Translations under genes and position numbers: made by a program
Assembly (NCBI GenBank): GCA_023415795.1
Contig: JAEZJG010000010.1
Location: 10,189 to 74,188 of the forward strand
Direction: 5' to 3'
Length of the DNA stretch: 64,000 bases
DNA from: Bacillota bacterium
GTDB taxonomy: Bacteria; Bacillota; Clostridia; Christensenellales; SZUA-584
The notes under the pieces: model-generated
What the model was told of the DNA's origin: nothing
Databases searched by the model: none
The model's input: the letters and a program-made list of their open reading frames with translations, nothing else
Shown: positions 29,807 through 38,337 of the stretch, piece by piece
How the letters are laid out: each line of letters begins with the position of its first letter
How positions within the stretch are numbered: the stretch's first letter is position 1

Positions 29807-31117
29807 TCAAGAATCTTCCTTTTTGATATACCGCCGCATCTCGCGGATTTTCTTTTCGTAGCCCTCTTCCGACGGCTGATAATACACCCGACCGGCCAGA
29901 TTGTCCGGCAGATACTGCTGCGGCGTATAATGCCGCTCAAACTCATGCGGATATTTATAGCCCTTGCCATTGCCCAGCTTGTCCGCACCGTGATAGTGCG
30001 TGTCGCGCAAATGCAGCGGCACCGGCACCTGATAAGCATGCTCCGCGTCCCGAAAAGCCGCATCCACCGCCATCACCACCGCGTTGGACTTCTGCGACTC
30101 GCAGATGAATATGATGGCCTGCGCGATGGACAATCGCGCTTCCGGCATGCCCACAAACTCCAGCGCCTGTGCAGCCGCCGCAGCCTGCGTCATCGCGGAC
30201 GGATTGGCCAGCCCTACATCCTCGCTTGCGTGGGCAAATATGCGCCGCATGATGAGCCGCGGATCTACGCCCGCATATATCAGCCGCGCAAACCAAAACA
30301 GTGCCGCGTCCGCGTCCGAACCGCGCAACGATTTACAAAACGCGCTGAGCATGTTGTAGTATTCCTCTTCGTCGCAGCGCACCGCCCGCCTCTGGATGGA
30401 CTCCTCCGCGATTTCCAGCGTCACACGGATCGTGCCTTGAGCATCCGGCGGCGTGGTGAGCACCGCCAGCTCAATGGCGTTAAGCGCTGTGCGGGCATCT
30501 CCGTTGGCCACGTTGGCAATGTGCTCCAGCGCGTCTTCCTCCACCTGTACGTTCAGCGCACCCAAACCGCGTTCGCTGTCGCTCAGTGCCGCGCGCACAA
30601 TCTGCTTCACATCCTCCCTGGTCAGCCCGAAGAACTGAAACAACCGGCAGCGGCTGACAATAGCGCTCGTCATGGACACCATTGGGTTCTCCGTGGTCGA
30701 GCCGATAAACCGGATGATGCCCTTTTCGATGGCGGGCAAAATGCTGTCCGACTGCGTTTTCGACCACCGATGACACTCGTCCAGCAGCAGATACGTTGCC
30801 TGCCCGTGCAGCTTCAAGCGTTCTTCCGCACGGTCAATGATAACGCGCACATCCTTCACACCGCTGGTCACGGCGTTCAGCTTCTCAAATGCCGCGCCGG
30901 TGGTATTTGCAATCACTGAAGCCAGCGTCGTCTTACCGGAGCCGGGCGGTCCAAAAAATATCGACGATGTGAGCCTGTCCGATTCGATGGCACGACGCAG
31001 CAGCTTGCCGGGGCCCGCCACATGCGCCTGTCCATAAAATTCGTCCAGGCTGCGCGGACGCATCCTGTCTGCCAGCGGCGCGGCGCGTTCCACATTGTTT
31101 TCGAATAAGTCTCCCAT
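29807..31117 (-). CDS. rarA: Replication-associated recombination protein A (MgsA/RarA AAA+ ATPase)
   Basis: 436 aa. Walker A FFGPPGSGKTTLA and a MgsA C-terminal domain sequence. Confidence 0.9.
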   Translation of the reverse strand: MGDLFENNVERAAPLADRMRPRSLDEFYGQAHVAGPGKLLRRAIESDRLTSSIFFGPPGSGKTTLASVIANTTGAAFEKLNAVTSGVKDVRVIIDRAEERLKLHGQATYLLLDECHRWSKTQSDSILPAIEKGIIRFIGSTTENPMVSMTSAIVSRCRLFQFFGLTREDVKQIVRAALSDSERGLGALNVQVEEDALEHIANVANGDARTALNAIELAVLTTPPDAQGTIRVTLEIAEESIQRRAVRCDEEEYYNMLSAFCKSLRGSDADAALFWFARLIYAGVDPRLIMRRIFAHASEDVGLANPSAMTQAAAAAQALEFVGMPEARLSIAQAIIFICESQKSNAVVMAVDAAFRDAEHAYQVPVPLHLRDTHYHGADKLGNGKGYKYPHEFERHYTPQQYLPDNLAGRVYYQPSEEGYEKKIREMRRYIKKEDS

Positions 31118-31267
31118 AGCGGTTCACCTCTGCAAAGCTTGCGATAATATGTTCTATCATATCACTTTGTGCACGCTGTGAAAAGATCATATGTCTTCGA
31201 TTCGCTGTACATGTGGTGCTATCTTGTGCTATAATTCGCGTTACTTGCCTAACAGACAGGAGCCCGC

Positions 31268-32422
31268 ATGAAACAGTCTGCAAAACCATACTTCGTTTAT
31301 CCGCCCATTGGTGCGCTGGCGCTGTATTCATCAGTGCTGGGTTCTCTGATACCCGCCATCCGGGCAGCTTTTCCCGAATTGACACTGGCTTCCGCCGGTC
31401 TGTTCTCGACGCTGCAGTCACTGGGCACCGCGTTGTCGGTGGTGCTGTGCTTCTGCCTGTTTTCCGCGCTGAACAAGGTACGCGTGATGGCCTTGTGTCA
31501 GCTGGTGCTTACCATATGTCTGCTGCTGTTTGGTCTCAACAGCATATTGCTGCTGCTTTATACCTTGCTCTTCTTCATTGGTCTGTCCAGCAACATTGTG
31601 GATACGCTGTCCAATTCGGTGCTGGCGGACATTGAGCCGCGCCGCAAGAGCTTCCACATCAACATGCTGCAGGCCTTGTGGGCAGCAGCGGCTGCCGCCG
31701 GCCCCTGGTTTGCACTGGGGCTGGGCAGCACTTATCAGCCGGTGTTCATCGGTCTTTGCGTTATTGCCGCCGTTGCGGGAATTGTCTTCGCGCTGGGCTT
31801 AAAGCACGAGCTGCGCCTGCGGTTCATCCAGCAGCGAAACAACTTTGGCGCTTTGGACAAGCTGGTACGTACGGTTAAGATGAAAGGCATGGGGCTGCTG
31901 CTTGCGCTTAGCGTTGCAAACGCGTTCGTGCTGGTCAGCATCAGCTACTTTCTGTCCAGCTATGTGGTTGGCATCGGCGGCAGCAACGTTGACGCGGCTT
32001 TTGCACTCAGCATGCTATACGTCGGCACGCTGCTGACACGCCTGATCTATGCGCCGCTTTCGCATCGTGTACCCGCCCGTACCGTTATGCTGGCGGCAAA
32101 CGCGATTGCCATCGCCGCGTTCACAGCGCTCGCATTTTGTACAGATGTCACGGGAGTTGGCATACTGGCCTGTATCGGCGGTATCGGTACCGCGGTCAAC
32201 TTCCCCTCAACGCTGGTCCACGCCTGCTCTCTCGTGCCGAACGACACCGCTTCGGGCTCGGCGCTGGTGTTTCTCGGCTTCACGCTGGCCACGTTCGTCG
32301 CGCCGCCGCTCATCGGTGCCGTTGGCGACGCAGCCGGTCTGCAAACGGCGATGCTGTGTGCCACCTCACTGTTACTCGTTGTCATCGCGCTGGCTATTCG
32401 AATCAAACCGCAGCAAGCCTGA
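31268..32422 (+). CDS. MFS transporter
   Basis: 384-aa polytopic ORF with about 12 TM helices. Confidence 0.7.
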   Translation: MKQSAKPYFVYPPIGALALYSSVLGSLIPAIRAAFPELTLASAGLFSTLQSLGTALSVVLCFCLFSALNKVRVMALCQLVLTICLLLFGLNSILLLLYTLLFFIGLSSNIVDTLSNSVLADIEPRRKSFHINMLQALWAAAAAAGPWFALGLGSTYQPVFIGLCVIAAVAGIVFALGLKHELRLRFIQQRNNFGALDKLVRTVKMKGMGLLLALSVANAFVLVSISYFLSSYVVGIGGSNVDAAFALSMLYVGTLLTRLIYAPLSHRVPARTVMLAANAIAIAAFTALAFCTDVTGVGILACIGGIGTAVNFPSTLVHACSLVPNDTASGSALVFLGFTLATFVAPPLIGAVGDAAGLQTAMLCATSLLLVVIALAIRIKPQQA

Positions 32423-32493
32423 TAAATAAGCCAGGTTTTTTTGTAAAACGTTATAAATTCATCAAAAATAGACGTTTTGTCCGATAAAATGGC

Positions 32494-32522
32494 TTGACAC
32501 ACACGGCCGCATTGTATAGAAT
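32494..32522 (+). promoter_or_regulatory. Sigma-A-type promoter of rplM-rpsI
   Basis: TTGACA (32494-32499), 17-nt spacer, TAGAAT (32517-32522). Confidence 0.55.
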
Positions 32523-32613
32523 ATTCTTTGCCTGTTTTTATTGGGTCACTAGCCCCGACCTGTCTAAACAGCATATTAAATCAATAATATGACACAGCCA
32601 GGAGGAAGGCCAA

Positions 32614-33048
32614 ATGAAATCATATATGGCAAAGCCCGGCTCTGTGGATCGCAAGTGGTATCTTGTGGATGCCGAAGGCATGGTCTTCGGTCGCATCGCA
32701 AGTCAGGTTGCGTCCATCTTGCACGGCAAGAACAAGCCGGAATTTACGCCGCATGTCGACACGGGTGATTTTGTTATCATCATCAATGCCGAGAAAGCCG
32801 TATTTACAGGCAAGAAGCTCGAACAGAAGGTCTATCGTCAGCATTCGGGTTACATGGGTCACATGAAGGAGACGAAATACGTCCACCTGATGGAAACCAA
32901 GCCGGAGTTCGCGATGATGGAGGCGGTGCGCCGCATGCTGCCCAAGAGCAAGCTCGGACGGCAGATGTTGACCAAGCTCCGCGTCTACAAGGGATCCGAG
33001 CACAACCACGCAGCGCAGAAGCCTGAGCTTCTGAAGCTCGAAGGCTGA
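32614..33048 (+). CDS. rplM: 50S ribosomal protein L13
   Basis: [22 protein letters not shown]... is a canonical L13 sequence. Confidence 0.97.
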   Translation: MKSYMAKPGSVDRKWYLVDAEGMVFGRIASQVASILHGKNKPEFTPHVDTGDFVIIINAEKAVFTGKKLEQKVYRQHSGYMGHMKETKYVHLMETKPEFAMMEAVRRMLPKSKLGRQMLTKLRVYKGSEHNHAAQKPELLKLEG

Positions 33049-33064
33049 CAGGAGGATATGAATT

Positions 33065-33457
33065 GTGGCTAAGTTACAGTTTTTAGGAACAGGCAGACGC
33101 AAAAGCTCCGTGGCACGTGTGATCCTCTCGCCCGGCAACGGTAAGCTTGTTGTGAACAAGAAATCTATCGACGAGTATTTCGGTTATGAAACACTGCGGA
33201 TGCTGGTGAAGTCTCCGCTGGAGCTCACCGAATCGCTCGCGAAGTACGATGTTGCCGTCAACGTTAAGGGCGGCGGACATACGGGTCAGGCCGGCGCTAT
33301 CCGCCACGGCATCTCCCGTGCATTGGTTAAATCCGAGCCTGAGATGAGAGGATTACTCAAAAAGGCCGGTTTCCTCACCAGAGACTCGCGCATGAAGGAA
33401 AGAAAGAAGTACGGCCTCAAAGCGGCCCGCCGTGCGCCCCAGTTCTCCAAGAGATAA
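33065..33457 (+). CDS. rpsI: 30S ribosomal protein S9
   Basis: GTG start behind CAGGAGGA. C-terminus ...[17 protein letters not shown]. Confidence 0.97.
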   Translation: MAKLQFLGTGRRKSSVARVILSPGNGKLVVNKKSIDEYFGYETLRMLVKSPLELTESLAKYDVAVNVKGGGHTGQAGAIRHGISRALVKSEPEMRGLLKKAGFLTRDSRMKERKKYGLKAARRAPQFSKR

Positions 33458-33468
33458 TATGCATAACG

Positions 33469-33499
33469 AAAACGCCTTCCAAACGGAGGGCGTTTCTGT
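33469..33499 (+). terminator. rpsI terminator; copy 1 of a 27-nt direct repeat
   Basis: AAAACGCCTTCCAAACGGAGGGCGTTT forms a 10-bp stem with one G-U pair and an AAAC loop, followed by TCTGTTTG. Confidence 0.7.
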
Positions 33500-33534
33500 T
33501 TGTCGAAAAACCCTACGGTTTTCCGCCAGTTTTC

Positions 33535-33577
33535 TGGCATTATGCAGTTCCTCGTCCCGCAAAACTGCATAATGCCA
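33535..33577. repeat. Perfect 15-bp inverted repeat (hairpin) between the two terminator copies
   Basis: TGGCATTATGCAGTT (33535-33549) and AACTGCATAATGCCA (33563-33577), separated by a 13-nt loop. Confidence 0.8.
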
Positions 33578-33644
33578 CAAGGTGTGGGCTGCGCGGGCAA
33601 AGCCCGTCTTGCCCACAAAATTATATATAGGTCTTTTTTACATC

Positions 33645-33676
33645 AAAACGCCTTCCAAACGGAGGGCGTTTTTGGT
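33645..33676. terminator. Copy 2 of the 27-nt repeat; bidirectional terminator facing the acyltransferase gene
   Basis: Identical 27-mer at 33645-33671, flanked by an A-run and a T-run. A further hairpin TTGGTGG...CCACCAA lies at 33672-33699. Confidence 0.65.
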
Positions 33677-33711
33677 GGCATATATCAGACAACCACCAAA
33701 CTATATACCCT

Positions 33712-34590
33712 TCAAAAGCCACTGTTCCACAGCGCTCTGCCCGTCGTCACCCTCGCGGCGGGAACACAGCCCGGACGTTTAACAGGCTTATCGGGTATCA
33801 GGCTCGCGTCGCGCTTGATGTATTCCACATACTCAAAGTTATCCGGCAATCCCGCACATTCATACATAAACTCAGCGACACGCCGGTGCAGATCCAGCTG
33901 CGCCTGACGCACGGTCAGCCCCGCCTTAGGGTATATCGGATCACTCAGCATCACAGTGCGCGCCGGTCGCCGAAGCTTTCCGCCCATGCCTTTGCGCTCG
34001 CGGTAACGCGTCACCATTGCCACCACAGGGGCGCCCAGCTCTGCGGGATACAAAAACGACGTAGGAGGAAAAGGACGTATGCCGGTGTAATACGGCCAAA
34101 TATGCGCCTCCGGATAAATAGCCACACACGCCCCTTGGGCATGTCTTTTCTTTACCGCGGCTGTGAAGCCTTCCAGCGCTTTGGGCTGTGTGGGCACAGG
34201 TATCGCGCCCAGCATGGTTACGATATTGCTCAGACCGCGTATAGAGACAGCGTCCGGTCCCGCAATCACATATGTGCGGCGCGGCTGCGTCAACACATGC
34301 GGCAAAAACGCGTCACTCCAATGCGTGTGGTTGCCGTACAGGAAGTATCCGCCCTTAATGTGCCGTAAGCTTTTGCGGTTCACAATCTTCGTTTCGTTTA
34401 CCACCCGGATAACAAATGACACGATCGGCAGAGCGATGGCATAATAGAGCAGAAACGACGCTGCTTTCCAGAACACACCGTTACGGACGAACGGGAATTT
34501 GGTATCCACCTTCCTCGTCCTGATATTCGTCCCCGCAAAATCGTCCGTCGTCTTCGAATAGTAAATCACTCTTTTTTCGGGCTGCGTCAT
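33712..34590 (-). CDS. Lysophospholipid (1-acyl-glycerol-3-phosphate type) acyltransferase family protein
   Basis: HX4D motif (NHTHWSD). Start at ATG 34590 (MTQPEKRVIYYSKTTDDF...), because that N-terminal segment looks like the conserved start of this family. Confidence 0.75.
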   Translation of the reverse strand: MTQPEKRVIYYSKTTDDFAGTNIRTRKVDTKFPFVRNGVFWKAASFLLYYAIALPIVSFVIRVVNETKIVNRKSLRHIKGGYFLYGNHTHWSDAFLPHVLTQPRRTYVIAGPDAVSIRGLSNIVTMLGAIPVPTQPKALEGFTAAVKKRHAQGACVAIYPEAHIWPYYTGIRPFPPTSFLYPAELGAPVVAMVTRYRERKGMGGKLRRPARTVMLSDPIYPKAGLTVRQAQLDLHRRVAEFMYECAGLPDNFEYVEYIKRDASLIPDKPVKRPGCVPAARVTTGRALWNSGF

Positions 34591-35701
34591 AAAACATCTC
34601 CTCCATTTCGTCCATGCATGCTTCAAAATTAAAACGCCCGGCATACCGCGCATACGCGGATGCCCACTTATCCTTTTCTTCGGGGTGCTCCACCCAGTAG
34701 TCTATTGCCCGGGCAAGGCTTTCAGAGTCTTCTGTGCGATACCGGCTGCGGTCACACAGCGCAAACCCGCTTGTAGCGCTCTTGCGTGAGTCAGACGATA
34801 ATATCACCTTGCCGCTGGCCATCGCTTCCAGACAAGCAATACCCTCCGCCTCATATTGCGCCGGGTGCACGTATAAATCGGCGTAACCGATGATGTGCTG
34901 CAGCTCCCGCCGGGGGTAGAATCCAAACATGGGCGTCACGCTCAGCTGTTGGGCAGCGTAGGCACGCAGCTTATTCTCCAGCGGCCCCGCTCCGGCGAAT
35001 ATCAGCTGTATGCTGTCCCGATGCTTCGAGCGGCTGACACCGTCGATCAGCTCCTTATGCGCCTTCTCCTTGCTGTACCGTCCGGTGAACAGTATCACAA
35101 AGCGATCACGAAAGGGCTCCGGCTTCTGCGTCGGCATGGGCTTAAACGTATCGCAAACGCCGTTGGATATCACGCGGTGCGGCAGGAAACGCGTCGCCCC
35201 CTCAATCAGCTCGCACAGCATTTGGCTGGGGTAATGCACGCAATCACAGTGCCGGTACAGCCGCCGGTAAAATACCTTGTATGTGATTAAGTTGGCAAGA
35301 CCGCAGCGCATCATAAATAGATGGCTCGTCAGGTTTTCCGCCAGCGCATGGCAGCCACCCGTCAACGGCACGCCAAGACGCTTGGCAACACGCGCCGCAC
35401 CTGCGCCCAGCGAATACGGCAGCATCGCATGTACCACATCCGCACCGCGAATCGCCGTCTCCAGCACACGCCTGTCCGCCTTGGCGAGCGAAACGCCGTT
35501 CTTTTTCACATAGCTGTCGATAGGACCAAAACTCATTGCCGGCACGATGTAATAACCCGGCAGTGCGCGTTTGTCCTCGTCTGCGCACACCACGCGCACG
35601 TCATGACCGCGGCTGCGCATGCTCCGAATTAAATTCATCGCCGCAATCGTCGTGCCGTTGTTTTCTTCGCCCAGCACATCGCTCACAATCGTTATAATCA
35701 T
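34481..35701 (-). CDS. Glycosyltransferase family 4 (probable glycolipid synthase)
   Basis: 406 aa with a GT-B pattern (EAEGIACLEAMASGKV). Its 3' end overlaps the acyltransferase start by 110 nt. Confidence 0.8.
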   Translation of the reverse strand: MIITIVSDVLGEENNGTTIAAMNLIRSMRSRGHDVRVVCADEDKRALPGYYIVPAMSFGPIDSYVKKNGVSLAKADRRVLETAIRGADVVHAMLPYSLGAGAARVAKRLGVPLTGGCHALAENLTSHLFMMRCGLANLITYKVFYRRLYRHCDCVHYPSQMLCELIEGATRFLPHRVISNGVCDTFKPMPTQKPEPFRDRFVILFTGRYSKEKAHKELIDGVSRSKHRDSIQLIFAGAGPLENKLRAYAAQQLSVTPMFGFYPRRELQHIIGYADLYVHPAQYEAEGIACLEAMASGKVILSSDSRKSATSGFALCDRSRYRTEDSESLARAIDYWVEHPEEKDKWASAYARYAGRFNFEACMDEMEEMFYDAARKKSDLLFEDDGRFCGDEYQDEEGGYQIPVRP

Positions 35702-35786
35702 AACGTGTCTCCATATAATAGCGTTTTTATGATGTTTATATACTAAAACAGCCAGGCTTATATGTCACCCGACTCATTGGGTTACG

Positions 35787-35834
35787 CAAAATAGAGAAAA
35801 CAGACCCCCCTCTACTGCGGGTAGAGGGGGGTCT
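35787..35834 (-). terminator. Strong GC-rich hairpin with a U-rich tail on the minus strand
   Basis: Perfect 14-bp stem AGACCCCCCTCTAC / GTAGAGGGGGGTCT (35802-35815 / 35821-35834). The minus strand continues GTTTTCTCTATTTTG. Confidence 0.6.
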
Positions 35835-35851
35835 ACTGCCCGTTACCGCCA

Positions 35852-35880
35852 TTGAACTGGGCGGCTACTTTATGTATAAT
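35852..35880 (+). promoter_or_regulatory. Sigma-A-type promoter of the membrane-bound XRE gene
   Basis: TTGAAC (35852-35857), 17-nt spacer, TATAAT (35875-35880). Confidence 0.55.
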
Positions 35881-35919
35881 GGCATAAAACAGTCAATTAT
35901 GAGGGGAGGCGGCAGAATC

Positions 35920-36495
35920 GTGGAGGATTTGAAGCAAATCATCGCAGGCAACATCACCGAGCTGAGAAAGCAGCAGAACCTGACGCAGGCAGAGCTGGCA
36001 GACATGATGGGCTATACCGACAAAGCCATCTCTAAGTGGGAGCGCGCCGAATCAATTCCTGATGTGTTGACTCTCAAGTCACTGGCAGACACCTTTGGCG
36101 TAACTCTGAACTATTTGACCGAGGCCGAACACCCCATGGGCAAAGAAGAGCCTCCACGGCGCACAAAAAACAACCGCCTCATCATATCGCTTCTCGCAGC
36201 GGCGGCTGTGTGGTTTATCGCAACGGTGTTGTTTGTATATCTGCAAATCTATGGCATCAGCAATGTATGGCTGGTGTTTGTGGGCGCGGTGCCCGTATCC
36301 ATGATTGCGCTGCTTGTGTTCAACTCCATATGGGGCAAAAAGGTGCTTAACTTTGTCATCATATCCGTGCTGGTGTGGTCTTCACTGGCGTTTGCTTACC
36401 TCATGATGCTGCCCTACAATCTGTTTCTGATATTTGCAATCGGTATTCCGATTCAAGTGCTCATCATACTCTGGTCACAGATCAAGACGCACTGA
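35920..36495 (+). CDS. Membrane-bound XRE-family HTH protein (N-terminal HTH, about four C-terminal TM helices)
   Basis: HTH LTQAELADMMGYTDKAISKWERAE. Start set at GTG 35920, 10 nt behind GGGGAGG; the ORF-track ATG at 35872 lies inside the predicted -10 region. Confidence 0.7.
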   Translation: MEDLKQIIAGNITELRKQQNLTQAELADMMGYTDKAISKWERAESIPDVLTLKSLADTFGVTLNYLTEAEHPMGKEEPPRRTKNNRLIISLLAAAAVWFIATVLFVYLQIYGISNVWLVFVGAVPVSMIALLVFNSIWGKKVLNFVIISVLVWSSLAFAYLMMLPYNLFLIFAIGIPIQVLIILWSQIKTH

Positions 36496-36499
36496 ACGC

Positions 36500-37576
36500 T
36501 CAGCCGCGTTCACAAACCAGCATTGTCACATCGTCGGCGCGCGTCTGCGTAAACTTGCGCTTGATCTCGTCCAGCAGCTCTCGTCCGTGCAGATCGCTCA
36601 TCAATATCGCACTTAAATCCTCGCTGGAGGCTTGCTCCGTGTGTATGCCATCCAAGCCGTCGGTATACAAGAACAGCTTTTCACCCTTTTCCAGCACGCC
36701 CTCAATCTGCTGGTGCATCGCGCTGTCCACCCAGCGGCATATTGGCGTCCCGGGCAGCAGCACCTCGCGAATGCCCTCCCGTCCGGCAATTAACGGCGGC
36801 ACGCTGTGTCCTGCGTTGGTGCAAACAAATTTTCCCGTTGCCGGTGTCAGTGCCACCAGAAACACAGTGATGTAGATGCTCTCCTCGGTGTGCAGCTCCT
36901 CGAATGAGTCCTGCAGATTCTGCAACACGCGCACCGGCTCAACGCCCGGCACCTTGCACTGGGCAAAAAGCTCTTGCCGTAAATAGACTGTCAGCATCGC
37001 CGGCATAACGCCGTGTCCCGAAACATCCGCAATGTACATAAAAAGCCGCCCGTCACGCGTCTGGAAACAATCATACATGTCTCCACCCAGCGCTTCGCAC
37101 GGCAAAAACTCTGCGGCAAAGCTGTAGCCCTGCAAGTCGGGCAGCATATGCCGCAATATGGACAGCTGCAGACTGCGCGCAACCTCAAGGTCCTTTACCA
37201 TGCGCGAGTTGCTGATCATCAGCTTGTCCTTCAAATTTTGTTCCTTGGTGATATCGGTGAACACCTCCAGCGCATATACGCCGCCCTCAAACTCCACCGG
37301 CCCTGCAGATACCGCATATACGCGGCTGCGCCCCCGCATCATCGTGCTATAACGGCGCTTATCCGCTATGCAGCGGCGCACAATGCAGTCAGCACACTTT
37401 TTGGTGCTGCCCGGCAGTCTGTCGCAGTTGTCCTCCTGTTCGCCAAATCTGGTTATAAGCGCTCTGTTGGCAAACAACACCCTGCCATCCGGGTCAATCA
37501 CGCGCACCATATCCGGCATTTCGTCCAAAACGGCAACCGAAAAGGTGTTGGAACTGAATACCCCCGTGTCATTCAT
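36500..37576 (-). CDS. PAS-domain PP2C/SpoIIE-family serine phosphatase
   Basis: 358 aa. N-terminal PAS-like region, then GGDMYD...ADVSGHGVMPAMLT...FLYTDGL motifs. Confidence 0.8.
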   Translation of the reverse strand: MNDTGVFSSNTFSVAVLDEMPDMVRVIDPDGRVLFANRALITRFGEQEDNCDRLPGSTKKCADCIVRRCIADKRRYSTMMRGRSRVYAVSAGPVEFEGGVYALEVFTDITKEQNLKDKLMISNSRMVKDLEVARSLQLSILRHMLPDLQGYSFAAEFLPCEALGGDMYDCFQTRDGRLFMYIADVSGHGVMPAMLTVYLRQELFAQCKVPGVEPVRVLQNLQDSFEELHTEESIYITVFLVALTPATGKFVCTNAGHSVPPLIAGREGIREVLLPGTPICRWVDSAMHQQIEGVLEKGEKLFLYTDGLDGIHTEQASSEDLSAILMSDLHGRELLDEIKRKFTQTRADDVTMLVCERG

Positions 37577-37669
37577 TTTTAATACCCCTACACCAATTAA
37601 GACTTAATCCCCTAAATAAAACAAAAAGCACGCCAAAAGCGTTTTAAGCTTTCTGACGTTTAAAACAAA

Positions 37670-37912
37670 TCAGTTTCTTTTATCTTTATTATCAATTGCC
37701 ATGATCTCGAACAGCAACCTATCGAGAGCCTGGCTCTGCTTCAAAACTCCGATATCCATCCCGAGGTTGGATGCACCCTTTTCATATTGTCTGATAATCA
37801 GATTCTCTAGCTTTTGGCGTTCAATCAGCATTTGTCTGTGCAGTCTTCTGCTTTTTTCAGACAAAGCTAGGTCGCACAATACAGGCGACTCCGGCCTTAC
37901 GATATGATTCAT
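37670..37912 (-). CDS. Spo0E-family aspartyl-phosphate phosphatase-like protein
   Basis: SQALDRLL motif (Spo0E SQELDxLI) preceded by a helical segment. ATG 37912 lies behind GGGGGT. Confidence 0.65.
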   Translation of the reverse strand: MNHIVRPESPVLCDLALSEKSRRLHRQMLIERQKLENLIIRQYEKGASNLGMDIGVLKQSQALDRLLFEIMAIDNKDKRN

Positions 37913-37970
37913 CACCACTACCCCCAAATTCTTGAACCCTTTTACGACGCCTCACACTTTATATATTATA

Positions 37971-38219
37971 TTACTTAGCAGCAACAACCTCAGCCGCCAA
38001 AATATTATCCGCCTTGAAGGTGCTTATCCGCCGCCGCAGCCTGCAATAAGCTACCACTCCGTCTTCATGTATGCTCTTTATCACGATCACCCGCTGTGTC
38101 ATACCCTCCTTACCCTCATAAATAATTCTCACGGGCAAGCTGTCACGATATGCAATCTGCAGTGTCTTCATAATCATATTTATCATAACCGTATCAACTT
38201 GCTTCATAATATCACACAA
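37971..38219 (-). CDS. Small hypothetical protein with a WYL-like motif
   Basis: IIYEGKEGMTQRVIVIKSIHEDGVVAYCRLRRRISTFKADNIL resembles the core of a WYL domain (...AYC..R..R.F..D.I). The start codon is ambiguous and no good RBS is present. Confidence 0.4.
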   Translation of the reverse strand: MCDIMKQVDTVMINMIMKTLQIAYRDSLPVRIIYEGKEGMTQRVIVIKSIHEDGVVAYCRLRRRISTFKADNILAAEVVAAK

Positions 38220-38337
38220 AATATCTTTTTTGTATAGCGTTTCGACAAAATTAGTGCAAATAAATCATAACATTTACAGTATTTCTGTCGCAATTCATGC
38301 GCTATAATGATACGTATCAAAATTTGGTAAGGAGAGC

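Noticed and set aside
32529-32613. The rplM 5' UTR as an L13-type ribosomal-protein leader.
   Set aside because: I cannot recall the motif consensus well enough to match it by eye, and only a weak CTGTTT/AAACAG pairing is visible. A cmscan against Rfam would decide.
33500-33907. A 135-aa plus-strand ORF and 87-110-aa minus-strand ORFs crossing the rpsI downstream region.
   Set aside because: They read straight through two terminator hairpins and a 15-bp inverted repeat and have no RBS. I treat the region as non-coding.
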